Origin: Escherichia coli
Lineage (GTDB): Bacteria; Pseudomonadota; Gammaproteobacteria; Enterobacterales; Enterobacteriaceae
Reading direction: 5' to 3' (one strand)
DNA: 64,000 nt
NCBI RefSeq assembly: GCF_003991155.1
Contig: NZ_CP031293.1
The notes beneath the pieces were generated by a model that saw nothing but the letters and a program-made list of their open reading frames with translations, had not been told where the DNA came from and did no database searches. A program made the translations under genes and the position numbers. Position 1 is the stretch's first letter; each line of letters starts with the position of its first letter. Below, in pieces: positions 19,221-30,332 of this stretch.

Positions 19221-20156
19221 TTAAAACATCTGTCTTGAACCAGAACTAATTTGCACAGGCATTCCCGATCGACGTTGCAACGCAGCATTTGCGCGATTTA
19301 CATCAACTTCTTGCCCGTTGATAAACGCCCGCAAAGATGGGGTTACCGGCAATGGTACTTTTCGGTCAGACTCATATTCTGCACGATTGCGCGACAGCGG
19401 CTCATGAACTTCCAGCCACTTTGAACCATCCGGTTCCGTTGTGTATTTCACTGGCTGATCAATAATTTGTACACGAGTGCCTACAGGAACATTATCAAAC
19501 AGATATTTGATATCGTCATTGCGCAGACGAATACAGCCCTGACTTACCCGGAGCCCAATACCAAAATTGGCATTGGTACCGTGGATGGCATATAGCCTGC
19601 CAATATAAATCGCATACAGCCCCATGGGATTATCAGGCCCCGCAGGAACAAATGCGGGCAAACTCTCCCCTCGTTTCGCATATTCGCGCCGAGTGTTCGG
19701 CGTTGGCGTCCAGGTTGGAGCTTCTTGTTTACGTTCAACGGTAGTCACCCAGTTACGCGGGGTTTCTCGCCCAGCCTGGCCGATACCAATAGGAAAGACT
19801 TCCACAGTATTACTGTCTGGTGGGTAGTAATAAAGACGCATCTCAGCGACGTTAACCACAATCCCTTTACGAACAGTGGCGGGCAAAATCAGTTGCTGCG
19901 GAATGGTGAGTTGCGAACCTGACTTCGGCAAGAAAACATCAGCGCCCGGATTCGCTTCCAGCATGTTACTTAACCCTTGCCCGTATTGTGCGGCAAAAGT
20001 CTCCAGCGGCTGGGTATTGTGATCAGGAACAGTTACAGTAAACGACTGCCCCACTAAACGGCTACCCTCTGGAGGTAATGGATAAGTTACCGCCAGGCTA
20101 GTATGGCTGGCAAAAAGCAGAGCAAATGAGCAAAGAATATTTACACGACGCATCAT
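19221..20156 (-). CDS. ldtA: L,D-transpeptidase LdtA (ErfK)
   Basis: It has the signal peptide [21 protein letters not shown] and the YkuD-domain text [20 protein letters not shown]. Confidence 0.9.
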   Translation of the reverse strand: MMRRVNILCSFALLFASHTSLAVTYPLPPEGSRLVGQSFTVTVPDHNTQPLETFAAQYGQGLSNMLEANPGADVFLPKSGSQLTIPQQLILPATVRKGIVVNVAEMRLYYYPPDSNTVEVFPIGIGQAGRETPRNWVTTVERKQEAPTWTPTPNTRREYAKRGESLPAFVPAGPDNPMGLYAIYIGRLYAIHGTNANFGIGLRVSQGCIRLRNDDIKYLFDNVPVGTRVQIIDQPVKYTTEPDGSKWLEVHEPLSRNRAEYESDRKVPLPVTPSLRAFINGQEVDVNRANAALQRRSGMPVQISSGSRQMF

Positions 20157-20217
20157 GTCCCTTTCCTATGTCGCGAAAGCTATCCATTAAGTATAGCTTT
20201 TATCAGACTTTTCGTTT

Positions 20218-21297
20218 TTAACTGTTCAAATCAGAAGTCGTATTCCCCGGTAGAACAATATTACTGGCAGCAAGTTCGCCCATGTTGTTGTATATCGCAC
20301 AAGCAGCTTCGATGATGGGCATCGCCAGAGCTGCGCCACTCCCCTCACCTAAACGCATCTCCATATTGAGATAAGGCTCCAGCCCCAAATGCGACAGCGC
20401 TATACGCGCCCCTTTTTCTGCCGACAGGTGAGAAGGAATGAGATACGGTTTGATTGCAGGAGACATCTGGCAGGCTGCGAGCGCAGCAGCATAAGAAAGA
20501 AATCCATCCAGCAACACGGGTAAACCGCAGGAAGCAGCGCCTAACATCACGCCAGCCATTCCGACCAAATCAAATCCACCCACTTTTGCCAGAACATTAA
20601 CGCCATCCTGCGGATTTGGCTGATTCAACGTAATCGCCCGGCGCACAACATCAATTTTATTAGCCAGTTTATCTGTCGGCAGGTTTGCGCCAATCCCAAC
20701 CACTTCTTCAGGATCCCGGCCAGTGATTGTGCTGACTATTGCTGCTGCCGGTGTCGTGTTTGCCATCCCCAGTTCACCTACACCAAACAGCGTGACACCG
20801 TTTTTTGCCAGCTCCCGCGTATAACATATGACGTCCAAAAGCAACTTTTCAGCCTGACGGCGACTCATTGCCGGAGCTGAAGCAATATTGCCGCTACCTC
20901 GTGCGACACGCATGTTGATAAGCCCGGGGATAGGCTCAGCAGTATCAATACCAACATCAATTACGTGGACGTTAGCGCCCGCTTGTGCTGCCAGCACACA
21001 CACGCCGGTTGTTCCGCGGGTCATATTTTCAGCCTGAATGGCTGTGACTTCTTTTGGGGAAATAGCGACCCCTTCCTCCCAGACGCCGTGATCGGCACAC
21101 ATAACCAGTACCGCTTTTTTGCCCACATGCGGTATGCCATTCAACCCCGGCATTCCCGCCAGTTGTACGCCAAGCGCCTCCAGCCTTCCCAGGCTACCAA
21201 CAGGTTTGAGTAACCCGTCAATATGCCGTTGTGCACGCGACATAGCGGCAGGATCGATGGCAGGGATCGTATTCAGTAAATTGGCAAGTGTTTGCAT
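20218..21297 (-). CDS. cobT: Nicotinate-nucleotide--dimethylbenzimidazole phosphoribosyltransferase CobT
   Basis: The ORF is 359 aa ([32 protein letters not shown]...) and lies in the cobUST order. Confidence 0.9.
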   Translation of the reverse strand: MQTLANLLNTIPAIDPAAMSRAQRHIDGLLKPVGSLGRLEALGVQLAGMPGLNGIPHVGKKAVLVMCADHGVWEEGVAISPKEVTAIQAENMTRGTTGVCVLAAQAGANVHVIDVGIDTAEPIPGLINMRVARGSGNIASAPAMSRRQAEKLLLDVICYTRELAKNGVTLFGVGELGMANTTPAAAIVSTITGRDPEEVVGIGANLPTDKLANKIDVVRRAITLNQPNPQDGVNVLAKVGGFDLVGMAGVMLGAASCGLPVLLDGFLSYAAALAACQMSPAIKPYLIPSHLSAEKGARIALSHLGLEPYLNMEMRLGEGSGAALAMPIIEAACAIYNNMGELAASNIVLPGNTTSDLNS

Positions 21298-21308
21298 GTC
21301 ACGTCTCT

Positions 21309-22052
21309 TTATAGCAGTGCCAGCAGGAAGACCAGTTCACCAAGCTCTATGGCTGCTCCCAGCGTATCGCCGGTTTGCCCGCCCAGCGTACGTTTGAGAA
21401 GCTGACCGAGGATGAAAATCGCCACCATCGTCACCACCATAGCAGCCACACCATGCATACCCGGCAATAATACGGCAGCAAAAATAGCGGCTAAGCCGAG
21501 TGTGACGCAGGTTTGTCGCCCATCAATTTTGCCAATGAACACATTGCCAAGCCCTTCTTCCCGCGCATAACGATGACGATACATCAATAATGCGGCAGTC
21601 CCGCGGCTGACCGCACATGCTGCCGCCAGCGATGCAAGGATCGGTTCGCCACGCAGAGCCAACTCGCTTAACACCAGAATCTTTGCCAGTACCACAAAAA
21701 TCAATGCCAGACCGCCGTGGGTGCCTAAACGGCTATCACGCATGATTTCCAACATGCGATCGCGGCTACGTGCAGAAAATACGCCATCACAGGTATCAGC
21801 GAGGCCGTCCAGGTGGAATCCCCCGGTCATCAGCGCCAGCATAAGTACGCTAAACAGTGCCGCCAGTGGTACGTCACACCATGCCTGCAGCACCATGAAG
21901 ACCAGCCCGCTAATCGCGCCAAGCAATAATCCAATCAAAGGAAAAGTAATAATACCGCGAGAATAATGCTCGAAATCCAGTCCCTGGGACCAGCGACGCG
22001 GTACAGGCAGACGCGTAATAAATGAGAGCATCGCCCAAAATAATTTACTCAT
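21309..22052 (-). CDS. cobS: Cobalamin (5'-phosphate) synthase CobS
   Basis: A membrane protein starting at [18 protein letters not shown]. Its ATG overlaps the cobU stop (ATGA, 22049-22052). Confidence 0.9.
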   Translation of the reverse strand: MSKLFWAMLSFITRLPVPRRWSQGLDFEHYSRGIITFPLIGLLLGAISGLVFMVLQAWCDVPLAALFSVLMLALMTGGFHLDGLADTCDGVFSARSRDRMLEIMRDSRLGTHGGLALIFVVLAKILVLSELALRGEPILASLAAACAVSRGTAALLMYRHRYAREEGLGNVFIGKIDGRQTCVTLGLAAIFAAVLLPGMHGVAAMVVTMVAIFILGQLLKRTLGGQTGDTLGAAIELGELVFLLALL

Positions 22053-22594
22053 TTGATTTTTACTCCAATACACGAAACCACCAGCCATACTTCATTTGCC
22101 GCAGCGGCCAACTGCTGGTTTACCCGCCCGGCAATATCACGAAAATGTCGTGCCAGACGACTCTCCGGCACAATCCCCATTCCCACTTCGTTAGTCACTA
22201 ATACAACCTTTGCGGGGCAACGTTGGCAGGCAGCAATCAACGACTGAATCTCAGCATTAATCGCCTGTTCCATCGCCTGATAATCCCATTCATCAGGGTC
22301 TTTATCGCCGCCATAATCAAACAACAGATTAGTCACCATTGTGGTAACGCATTCCAGCAACACAGCCTCATTCGGGTTAATGTCTGCATGAATTAATTCA
22401 TCAAGATGTTGCCAGCGCTCCACTGTGCGCCAGTGCGCCGGGCGGCCTTTCCGATGATGTTCTATCCGTGCAGCCATCTCATCATCAAGGATTTGCGAGG
22501 TGGCGATATACAGAACCTGTGAAGAGTCCCCAATAAGCGCTTCTGCGTGGCGACTCTTCCCGCTCCGTGCTCCACCTGTCACCAAAATCATCAT
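22049..22594 (-). CDS. cobU: Adenosylcobinamide kinase/phosphate guanylyltransferase CobU
   Basis: The ORF is 181 aa with the P-loop [14 protein letters not shown]. Confidence 0.9.
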   Translation of the reverse strand: MMILVTGGARSGKSRHAEALIGDSSQVLYIATSQILDDEMAARIEHHRKGRPAHWRTVERWQHLDELIHADINPNEAVLLECVTTMVTNLLFDYGGDKDPDEWDYQAMEQAINAEIQSLIAACQRCPAKVVLVTNEVGMGIVPESRLARHFRDIAGRVNQQLAAAANEVWLVVSCIGVKIK

Positions 22595-22727
22595 ACCGAC
22601 TCCTGATTCAATTGTATGATGGTATTCATTGAACAGAACAATGGATCCCCCACCGTTGCTGACCGCAAAACATTTACGCGATTAATACTGCGCGTAATAT
22701 AATTAAAAATCCAGCATTCTCAATCCA

Positions 22728-23165
22728 TTACGAAAGAAGATGGCATTGCGGAATAGCCAGACTTCCTCGTGTTAACGTCCGACAAAATGCGTCATTGACA
22801 GCGGTTTCTCTGGCATGACAGATTTCATTCAGATAATGGATTAATGCTACAGCCCCACCAGCCGGACCAGTCAGCAAACGGGCATTGTGTTCTGTAATCA
22901 AAATTACCGTCGTTCCCTCAGAATGAGCGAGCCATTCTGGTACGGATATCTCGCTTTCAGCTGCTATCAATAGCAGCACTGAATAATCGCTATACGCATC
23001 TGATAACGATTGCACAGGCCCACCGTCAAAAGGCTGGAAATCTTGCTGCCAGTCCTCACCAACCAAACAGGTTATTGGCAATATTTCCGCCAGATGTTTC
23101 GCCAGATCCACATCTCCAGATAAGAGGCAAAAAAGAGCTATCGATTCGGGTTTTATCGTTTTCAT
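22728..23165 (-). pseudogene. cbiG-like N-terminal remnant, all that remains of the cbi operon
   Basis: MKTIKPESIALFCLLSGDVDLAKHLAEILPITC...LLTGPAGGAVALIHYLNEI resembles the Salmonella CbiG N-terminus as I recall it (..VKPESIALFCLTPGG..LLSGHAGGAN..). It sits between the B12 riboswitch and cobU, where cbiA-P would be. Confidence 0.45.
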
Positions 23166-23384
23166 GCCCCTCGCCCTCCACTTAATTTCCTGTAATGGCG
23201 GTCTGGTTGATAAGCCATGAAACAAGATTGCCACACCTTAAGTGCAGCCCTGGTGCCTGTCGGCACTGCGATGAAAGAACTAAATGATGCCGCCATACCC
23301 TGATCCTTTCAGGGTGGTAGGGGTATAAAGACGCGCCTGTACTCTACCGGACGCTTCCGGGCAACCCACTTCCCACCGAAGTTG

Positions 23385-23545
23385 TTGGTATTGACTGACT
23401 GGCTGGTCTTCTGGCTTAGCGTCATCCTCTCCCGACCTTCCCAATCTCGCGATCAGTGGCATTTTCGGGTTTGTCAGCATTACAGCAGCGGGGGCTGCGA
23501 GGGATTTTCACCCTCTTCCCAGGCACAAATGTGCCACACCTGTCA
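23385..23545 (-). promoter_or_regulatory. Cobalamin (B12) riboswitch aptamer of the cbi/cob leader
   Basis: The minus strand reads GCCTGGGAAGAGGGTGAAAATCCCTCGCAGCCCCCGCTGCTGTAA...GCCACTG...AAGCCAGAAGACCAGCCAG. The last element is the B12 box at 23399-23417. These match the conserved cobalamin riboswitch core. Confidence 0.85.
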
Positions 23546-23649
23546 GCGTATGTTATGAGCTGATTTCACTTTTCCCATAACAGGGAAATAACGTTAATTA
23601 TTCATTCCAGAGTTTATTTAAACCGTCCTCTTTTTTTGGGGCATTTACT

Positions 23650-24564
23650 CTATACCGTTTCCATCGCCGCATTATCACTCACTTGCTGTCGATACACCTG
23701 CGGCGTAACCTGATAAGTCTGACGGAAAACTTTGCAAAAATAACTTGTTTGCGAAAAACCTAAATTACGCGCAATGCTGGCGATGCTCCAGTCACTATGG
23801 CACAGTAACTCACGAGCGCTGGCCATCCGTTGTTGGTTTACCCACGCATTAAACCCGATTCCATGGTATTTCTTAAATAACTTACTGAAATAATAAGGGC
23901 TTAGATAAACGTGCGAGGCGACATCTTCCAGACGCAAATCGTCTGATAAATGCGCATCAATATAACGTAAAGCTTTTTTCATTTTATTGTCGTGGGGACC
24001 AGGCGCACGAGTCTGGCGCAACGAATCTGACTGAGATTTGTTCTCTTTAATAACCACAAAATTGAGTTGTTTTTTTAGGCAATTTTCTACAATCAACTTC
24101 AACAAATCCGCAGAGGCCATAACTCTTGAGTAATCCATCTCAGGGACTTTGCGAAATTCATTAAGTAATTCGGGATCTGCCTGCCAGCAATCATCGACAT
24201 TCAGAATATCGACCAAATCGACATCATCATTACGCAGACGAACTTGCCCGCACAATACAAAACCAACTAAATGTCCGGCGATTACCAGTGGAATAGAGAA
24301 ATCGGTTAATCCGGCATGACAGCGATAAATACAAGGCTGATCGGATTTAGAGGCTTCCAGCCCCCCACAACGATCGCTCATGCGACATCGAGTGCTCATC
24401 TGAGGGTGTTGCCGCATCATCTGACAAAATGGAGTGAAGTTAAACAGCTCGGAAATTTCATCGCCGTGAATATTGACCACGACAACCGCAAGGCTGGTCG
24501 CCTGCGCAAAATCCTGCGCGATTTTATTAATGAGTTCTGAATTAAGTGTCGCCGCAGAAATCAT
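23650..24564 (-). CDS. pocR: AraC-family regulator PocR of the pdu/cob regulon
   Basis: The ORF is 304 aa with a C-terminal AraC HTH (ARNLGFSQTSYFCKVFRQ). Its position between the cob leader and pduF matches Salmonella. Confidence 0.9.
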   Translation of the reverse strand: MISAATLNSELINKIAQDFAQATSLAVVVVNIHGDEISELFNFTPFCQMMRQHPQMSTRCRMSDRCGGLEASKSDQPCIYRCHAGLTDFSIPLVIAGHLVGFVLCGQVRLRNDDVDLVDILNVDDCWQADPELLNEFRKVPEMDYSRVMASADLLKLIVENCLKKQLNFVVIKENKSQSDSLRQTRAPGPHDNKMKKALRYIDAHLSDDLRLEDVASHVYLSPYYFSKLFKKYHGIGFNAWVNQQRMASARELLCHSDWSIASIARNLGFSQTSYFCKVFRQTYQVTPQVYRQQVSDNAAMETV

Positions 24565-24766
24565 GATAAAACCTCCCAGTTAATTTATTGTTATAGCAAA
24601 ACAATTGTTTTACATTTAATCTTCACATCATCCTTGATGATTTACTGACGAGAAGCACAAAGGACAATAACAAAAGCCTCCGTGAAGCGGGAGACTTTTT
24701 AATAAGTTCGGAAAGCAGATCACAAACAGTAAAAAAATAAACGTTTATAACTGCCAGATTATTTCA

Positions 24767-25576
24767 TTATTCGCTGATTTCTTTAGGCGTTACACTATTG
24801 ACAGGTAAATTCTTTGCAATGAGATAGCGATAAATCGCCGCACCAACACATGCCCCAATGATCGGTGCAATAATGGGTACAATGAAATAAGGAATATTGC
24901 GTCCACCAGTCATCGCAATTTCCCCCCAACCCGCAAACCAGGTGAAAATTTTAGGTCCAAAATCACGCGCTGGATTCATGGCAAAACCGGTTAATGGTCC
25001 GGTAGAAGCACCAATAACAGCAACCAGAATACCAATAAGTAAAGGCGCAAGCGGTCCTTTGGGTACGCCATTACCGTCATCGGTCAACGCCATAATCAAC
25101 CCCATTAACATGGACGTTATGACCACTTCGACCAACGCAGCTTGCCATACATTAATCGCCGCTGCTGGATAAGTACTGAAGATACTGGCGAGTTGTAAAC
25201 TTTCTGCGCTACCACGCACTATATTGTGAGCAGATTCAAAATCGATAAACAAACTGCTGTAGAGAGAATATGCCAGAACCGCACCACCAAAGGCACCCGC
25301 TAATTGCGCCACACAAAATGGCAGCACTTTACGGGCTGGGAAAGAGGCAAACAGCCACAGAGCAATGGTAACTGCCGGGTTGAGATGAGCGCCGGAAATA
25401 CCTGCCGTAAGGTAAACAGCAAGCGAAATCCCTAACCCCCATATGATACAAATTTCCCACAGTCCCAGACTTGCCCCGGCAACTTTCAGGGCGCACAAAC
25501 AACCAATGCCAAAAAAGAGGAACAGTCCGGTGCCCAAAAACTCGGCAACGCATTGCGCCTTGAGTGAATCATTCAT
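24767..25576 (-). CDS. pduF: Propanediol diffusion facilitator PduF (MIP family)
   Basis: The start is MNDSLKAQCVAEFLGTG. Two NPA boxes are present (GAHLNPAVT and MNPARDFGP). Confidence 0.9.
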   Translation of the reverse strand: MNDSLKAQCVAEFLGTGLFLFFGIGCLCALKVAGASLGLWEICIIWGLGISLAVYLTAGISGAHLNPAVTIALWLFASFPARKVLPFCVAQLAGAFGGAVLAYSLYSSLFIDFESAHNIVRGSAESLQLASIFSTYPAAAINVWQAALVEVVITSMLMGLIMALTDDGNGVPKGPLAPLLIGILVAVIGASTGPLTGFAMNPARDFGPKIFTWFAGWGEIAMTGGRNIPYFIVPIIAPIIGACVGAAIYRYLIAKNLPVNSVTPKEISE

Positions 25577-25985
25577 AGTGACACCTTCTTTACGGAGTTT
25601 TTCTTTATCAGCCAACTATGCGCTGATTGTTGTGTATACCGAGCGCAACTATAAAAAATTGCTCTGCAGAAAATATTGCCAACATGCATGACAGACTCGT
25701 GTAAAAATCGTGCTAACATAACAAATTATTGTCATTGCCGAATCATGCAACACAGCTTTAATCAGTGTTGAAGTAATAATTTCCACCAAACTTTTACAAT
25801 AAAAAATTGCCATCATGACATAATAAAATTGAAACAAATATCACAGTTCCTTCCTCGAACCAAACTCAACGAAATATTATTCGCGATTAAACTCACTAGC
25901 CAACGCAATTAATTCACATTGAAACATCCACAAAACAACCAATAAATTAACAACATATAGTTCATAAAAGCAATTTTATTATATT

Positions 25986-25994
25986 TGTTCTCTA
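25986..25994. repeat. IS1 target-site duplication, left copy (TGTTCTCTA)
   Basis: It is identical to 26763-26771 and directly abuts the IS1 end. Confidence 0.9.
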
Positions 25995-26009
25995 GGTAAT
26001 GACTCCAAC

Positions 26010-26513
26010 TTATTGATAGTGTTTTATGTTCAGATAATGCCCGATGACTTTGTCATGCAGCTCCACCGATTTTGAAAACGACAGCGACTTCCGTCCCAGC
26101 CGTGCCAGGTGCTGCCTCAGATTCAGGTTATGCCGCTCAATTCGCTGCGTATATCGCTTGCTGATTACGTGCAGCTTTCCCTTCAGGCGGGATTCATACA
26201 GCGGCCAGCCATCCGTCATCCATATCACCACGTCAAAGGGTGACAGCAGGCTCATAAGACGCCCCAGCGTCGCCATAGTGCGTTCACCGAATACGTGCGC
26301 AACAACCGTCTTCCGGAGCCTGTCATACGCGTAAAACAGCCAGCGCTGGCGCGATTTAGCCCCGACGTATCCCCACTGTTCGTCCATTTCCGCGCAGACG
26401 ATGACGTCACTGCCCGGCTGTATGCGCGAGGTTACCGACTGCGGCCTGAGTTTTTTAAATGGCGGAAAATCGTGTTGAGGCCAACGCCCATAATGCGGGC
26501 GGTTGCCCGGCAT
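26010..26513 (-). CDS. insB: IS1 InsB (expressed as the InsAB' fusion by frameshift)
   Basis: The ORF is 167 aa (..[30 protein letters not shown]..). Confidence 0.95.
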   Translation of the reverse strand: MPGNRPHYGRWPQHDFPPFKKLRPQSVTSRIQPGSDVIVCAEMDEQWGYVGAKSRQRWLFYAYDRLRKTVVAHVFGERTMATLGRLMSLLSPFDVVIWMTDGWPLYESRLKGKLHVISKRYTQRIERHNLNLRQHLARLGRKSLSFSKSVELHDKVIGHYLNIKHYQ

Positions 26514-26707
26514 CCAACGCCATTCATGGCCATATCAATGATTTTCTGGTGCGTACCGGGTTGAGAAGCGGTGTAAGTGAACTGCAGTTGCCATGTTTTA
26601 CGGCAATGAGAGCAGAGATAGCGCTGATGTCCGGCGGTGCTTTTGCCGTTACGCACCACTCCGTCAGTAGCTGAACAGGAGGGACAGCTGATAGAAACAG
26701 AAGCCAC
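26432..26707 (-). CDS. insA: IS1 InsA
   Basis: [51 protein letters not shown]... Confidence 0.95.
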   Translation of the reverse strand: MASVSISCPSCSATDGVVRNGKSTAGHQRYLCSHCRKTWQLQFTYTASQPGTHQKIIDMAMNGVGCRATARIMGVGLNTIFRHLKNSGRSR

Positions 26708-26762
26708 TGGAGCACCTCAAAAACACCATCATACACTAAATCAGTAAGTTGGCAGCATCACC

Positions 26763-26771
26763 TGTTCTCTA
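26763..26771. repeat. IS1 target-site duplication, right copy (TGTTCTCTA)
   Basis: It is identical to 25986-25994. Confidence 0.9.
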
Positions 26772-26863
26772 TTAATTTTTCTCATTAGCCGAGTAAGTCA
26801 GCCATTCTTTTTCCTCGCTTTTTTTTATAGTCATATCGTCAAAAAAATCCAGGCGAGGTCTTT

Positions 26864-27148
26864 ATGCAACAAGAAGCGTTAGGAATGGTAGAAACCAAAG
26901 GCTTAACTGCCGCCATAGAGGCCGCAGATGCCATGGTGAAGTCGGCAAATGTTTTGCTGGTCGGCTACGAAAAAATAGGTTCCGGGCTGGTGACCGTCAT
27001 CGTTCGTGGTGATGTCGGGGCGGTAAAAGCGGCAACAGACGCGGGTGCCGCAGCTGCGCGTAACGTCGGCGAAGTAAAAGCCGTACACGTTATTCCCCGC
27101 CCACATACCGATGTCGAAAAAATCTTACCAAAGGGAATTAACCCATGA
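26864..27148 (+). CDS. pduA: BMC-H shell protein PduA
   Basis: [30 protein letters not shown]... is a BMC domain, and it is the first gene of the operon. Confidence 0.95.
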   Translation: MQQEALGMVETKGLTAAIEAADAMVKSANVLLVGYEKIGSGLVTVIVRGDVGAVKAATDAGAAAARNVGEVKAVHVIPRPHTDVEKILPKGINP

Positions 27149-27957
27149 GCAGCAATGAACTGGTCGAACAGATCATGGCGCAGGTCATCGCTCGCGTAGC
27201 GACGCCAGAGCATGAGGTTCTCCCGAAAACCACTCATCAAATACGAGAGACGGCTATGGCAGAAAAAAGCTGCACGTTAACAGAATTTGTTGGCACCGCT
27301 ATTGGCGACACTGTAGGTCTGGTCATTGCGAACGTTGATAGCGCCCTGTTGGACGCGATGAAACTTGAAAAACGCTATCGTTCCATTGGCATTCTGGGGG
27401 CGCGTATTGGCGCAGGGCCACACATTATGGCCGCTGATGAAGCGGTAAAAGCCACCAACACTGAAGTTATTAGCATTGAACTTCCTCGCGATACTAAAGG
27501 CGGTGCCGGACACGGCTCATTGATCCTCTTAGGTGGCAACGATGTTTCCGACGTGAAACGCGGTATTGAAGTTGCCCTGAAAGAACTCGATCGGACCTTT
27601 GGTGATGTCTATGCCAACGAAGCCGGGCATCTTGAACTGCAATACACCGCCCGCGCCAGCTATGCACTGGAAAAAGCGTTTGGCGCTCCACTGGGACGGG
27701 CTTGCGGCGTTATTGTCGGCGCTCCGGCTGCGGTGGGTGTTCTGATGGCCGACACCGCGCTGAAGTCCGCCAATGTGGATGTCGTGGCATACAGCTCCCC
27801 CGCTCAAGGCACCAGCTACAGCAACGAAGTCATTCTGATTATCTCGGGTGACTCCGGCGCAGTCCGCCAGGCGGTCATCTCCGCACGCGCAATCGGTAAA
27901 ACCGTGCTTTCGACTCTCGGCGATACACCGAAAAACGATCGCCCTTCCTACATCTGA
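27145..27957 (+). CDS. pduB: BMC-T shell protein PduB (internal start for PduB' at 27256)
   Basis: The ORF is 270 aa. A second in-frame start gives [14 protein letters not shown] at codon 38, as in the known PduB/PduB' pair. Confidence 0.9.
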   Translation: MSSNELVEQIMAQVIARVATPEHEVLPKTTHQIRETAMAEKSCTLTEFVGTAIGDTVGLVIANVDSALLDAMKLEKRYRSIGILGARIGAGPHIMAADEAVKATNTEVISIELPRDTKGGAGHGSLILLGGNDVSDVKRGIEVALKELDRTFGDVYANEAGHLELQYTARASYALEKAFGAPLGRACGVIVGAPAAVGVLMADTALKSANVDVVAYSSPAQGTSYSNEVILIISGDSGAVRQAVISARAIGKTVLSTLGDTPKNDRPSYI

Positions 27958-27975
27958 ATTCTCTGAGGCAGATTT

Positions 27976-29640
27976 ATGAGATCGAAAAGATTTGAAGCAC
28001 TGGCAAAACGCCCGGTCAACCAGGACGGTTTCGTTAAAGAGTGGATTGAAGAAGGCTTCATTGCGATGGAAAGCCCGAACGATCCTAAACCGTCAATCAA
28101 AATTGTTAACGGCGTCGTTACCGAACTGGATGGAAAACCCGCCAGTCAGTTTGACCTGATCGACCACTTTATCGCCCGCTACGGCATCAATCTCGCGCGC
28201 GCAGAAGAAGTCATCGCGATGGATTCGGTAAAACTTGCCAATATGTTGTGCGATCCAAATGTCAAACGTAGCGATATCGTTCCCCTTACCACAGCAATGA
28301 CGCCTGCAAAAATCGTCGAAGTGGTTTCGCAGATGAACGTGGTAGAGATGATGATGGCGATGCAGAAAATGCGCGCCCGTCGAACACCATCACAACAGGC
28401 TCACGTCACCAACATCAAAGATAACCCGGTACAAATTGCCGCCGACGCAGCTGAAGGCGCATGGCGCGGGTTTGATGAACAGGAAACCACTGTTGCCGTT
28501 GCTCGCTATGCACCGTTCAACGCCATCGCCCTGCTGGTCGGCTCACAGGTGGGACGTCCGGGCGTCTTGACCCAGTGTTCACTGGAAGAAGCCACCGAAC
28601 TGAAACTCGGTATGTTAGGCCACACCTGTTACGCCGAAACAATTTCTGTCTATGGTACAGAACCTGTTTTCACCGATGGCGATGATACCCCGTGGTCAAA
28701 AGGATTTCTCGCGTCATCCTATGCTTCTCGCGGCTTAAAAATGCGCTTTACTTCCGGCTCCGGCTCTGAAGTACAGATGGGTTACGCGGAAGGCAAATCA
28801 ATGCTTTATCTCGAGGCTCGATGCATTTACATCACCAAAGCCGCAGGCGTTCAGGGTCTGCAGAATGGTTCGGTAAGCTGCATCGGTGTTCCATCAGCTG
28901 TGCCATCAGGCATCCGCGCAGTATTAGCGGAAAACTTAATTTGCTCATCGCTGGATCTGGAATGCGCCTCCAGTAATGACCAGACCTTTACCCACTCGGA
29001 TATGCGCCGTACCGCACGTTTCCTGATGCAATTTCTGCCGGGTACCGACTTTATCTCGTCCGGTTTTTCCGCTGTGCCGAACTACGACAACATGTTTGCT
29101 GGTTCAAACGAAGATGCTGAAGACTTCGATGATTACAACGTCATTCAGCGTGACCTGAAGGTTGATGGCGGGCTGCGACCAGTACGCGAAGAAGATGTTA
29201 TCGCAATCCGCAATAAAGCCGCTCGCGCTTTACAGGCTGTCTTTGCCGGTATGGGACTACCGCCAATTACCGATGAAGAAGTCGAAGCGGCAACCTATGC
29301 CCACGGTTCGAAAGATATGCCTGAGCGCAATATTGTGGAAGACATCAAGTTCGCCCAGGAGATTATCAATAAAAACCGTAACAGCCTGGAAGTGGTGAAA
29401 GCCCTGGCGCAAGGCGGTTTTACCGATGTCGCCCAGGACATGCTCAACATGCAAAAAGCAAAACTGACCGGCGATTATCTCCATACCTCAGCCATCATCG
29501 TCGATGACGGACAAGTGCTCTCAGCGGTCAATGACATCAATGATTACGCCGGACCAGCTACAGGTTACCGCCTGCAAGGGGAACGCTGGGAAGAGATCAA
29601 AAATATTCCCGGTGCACTTGATCCCAACGAAATTGACTAA
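27976..29640 (+). CDS. pduC: B12-dependent diol dehydratase large subunit
   Basis: The ORF is 554 aa (MRSKRFEALAKRPVNQDGFVKEWIEEGFIAMESPNDPKPSIKI...). Confidence 0.95.
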   Translation: MRSKRFEALAKRPVNQDGFVKEWIEEGFIAMESPNDPKPSIKIVNGVVTELDGKPASQFDLIDHFIARYGINLARAEEVIAMDSVKLANMLCDPNVKRSDIVPLTTAMTPAKIVEVVSQMNVVEMMMAMQKMRARRTPSQQAHVTNIKDNPVQIAADAAEGAWRGFDEQETTVAVARYAPFNAIALLVGSQVGRPGVLTQCSLEEATELKLGMLGHTCYAETISVYGTEPVFTDGDDTPWSKGFLASSYASRGLKMRFTSGSGSEVQMGYAEGKSMLYLEARCIYITKAAGVQGLQNGSVSCIGVPSAVPSGIRAVLAENLICSSLDLECASSNDQTFTHSDMRRTARFLMQFLPGTDFISSGFSAVPNYDNMFAGSNEDAEDFDDYNVIQRDLKVDGGLRPVREEDVIAIRNKAARALQAVFAGMGLPPITDEEVEAATYAHGSKDMPERNIVEDIKFAQEIINKNRNSLEVVKALAQGGFTDVAQDMLNMQKAKLTGDYLHTSAIIVDDGQVLSAVNDINDYAGPATGYRLQGERWEEIKNIPGALDPNEID

Positions 29641-29649
29641 GGGTGAGAA

Positions 29650-30318
29650 ATGGAAATTAACGAAAAATTACTGCGTCAGATTATCGAAGGCGTGCTGGCA
29701 GAAATGCAAACCAGCGACAAGTCCGTTTCATTTCGTGCACCTGTCTCTGCAACTGTCTCTTCAGTGCCAGATACCGGAAATTTTCTGACCGAAATTGGCG
29801 AAGCCCAACAAGGCACTCAGCAAGATGAAGTCATTATTGCTGTAGGCCCGGCGTTCGGCCTGGCGCAAACCGTCAATATCATCGGTATTCCGCATAAAAA
29901 CATTTTGCGCGAAGTGATTGCCGGTATCGAAGAAGAAGGCATTAAAGCCCGTGTGATTCGCTGCTTTAAATCGTCCGATGTCGCATTCGTAGCAGTCGAA
30001 GGCGATCGTCTTAGTGGTTCAGGTATTGCTATCGGTATTCAGTCGAAAGGCACAACGGTTATCCACCAGCAGGGACTTCCCCCCTTGTCTAACCTGGAAC
30101 TTTTCCCACAAGCGCCTTTGTTGACGCTGGATACTTATCGTCAGATTGGCAAAAACGCCGCGCGTTATGCGAAGCGCGAGTCTCCACAACCGGTGCCGAC
30201 CCTCAACGATCAAATGGCGCGACCGAAATACCAGGCCAAATCTGCCATTTTGCATATTAAAGAGACGAAGTACGTGGTCACTGGCAAAAAACCGCAAGAA
30301 CTGCGCGTGACGTTTTAA
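29650..30318 (+). CDS. pduD: Diol dehydratase medium subunit
   Basis: The ORF is 222 aa with the N-terminal [19 protein letters not shown] encapsulation-peptide-like helix. Confidence 0.9.
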   Translation: MEINEKLLRQIIEGVLAEMQTSDKSVSFRAPVSATVSSVPDTGNFLTEIGEAQQGTQQDEVIIAVGPAFGLAQTVNIIGIPHKNILREVIAGIEEEGIKARVIRCFKSSDVAFVAVEGDRLSGSGIAIGIQSKGTTVIHQQGLPPLSNLELFPQAPLLTLDTYRQIGKNAARYAKRESPQPVPTLNDQMARPKYQAKSAILHIKETKYVVTGKKPQELRVTF

Positions 30319-30332
30319 CAAAGGAAACCTTC

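Larger units (their letters stand above)
25995..26762 (-). mobile_element. IS1, complete 768-bp copy
   Basis: The ends are GGTAATGACTCCAACTTATTGATAGTG... and ...CAGTAAGTTGGCAGCATCACC. It contains insA and insB with the A6C frameshift window. Confidence 0.95.

Noticed and set aside
18930-19224. The N-terminal extension of the yeeO ORF, and ORFs 18991-19224 and 19033-19215
   Set aside because: The extension is not part of the 495-aa YeeO as I recall it. The other two ORFs simply read through the tRNA-Asn gene and its terminator.
23280-23480. A 66-aa minus-strand ORF
   Set aside because: It lies inside the cobalamin riboswitch and leader, and the RNA structure explains the conservation-like appearance.
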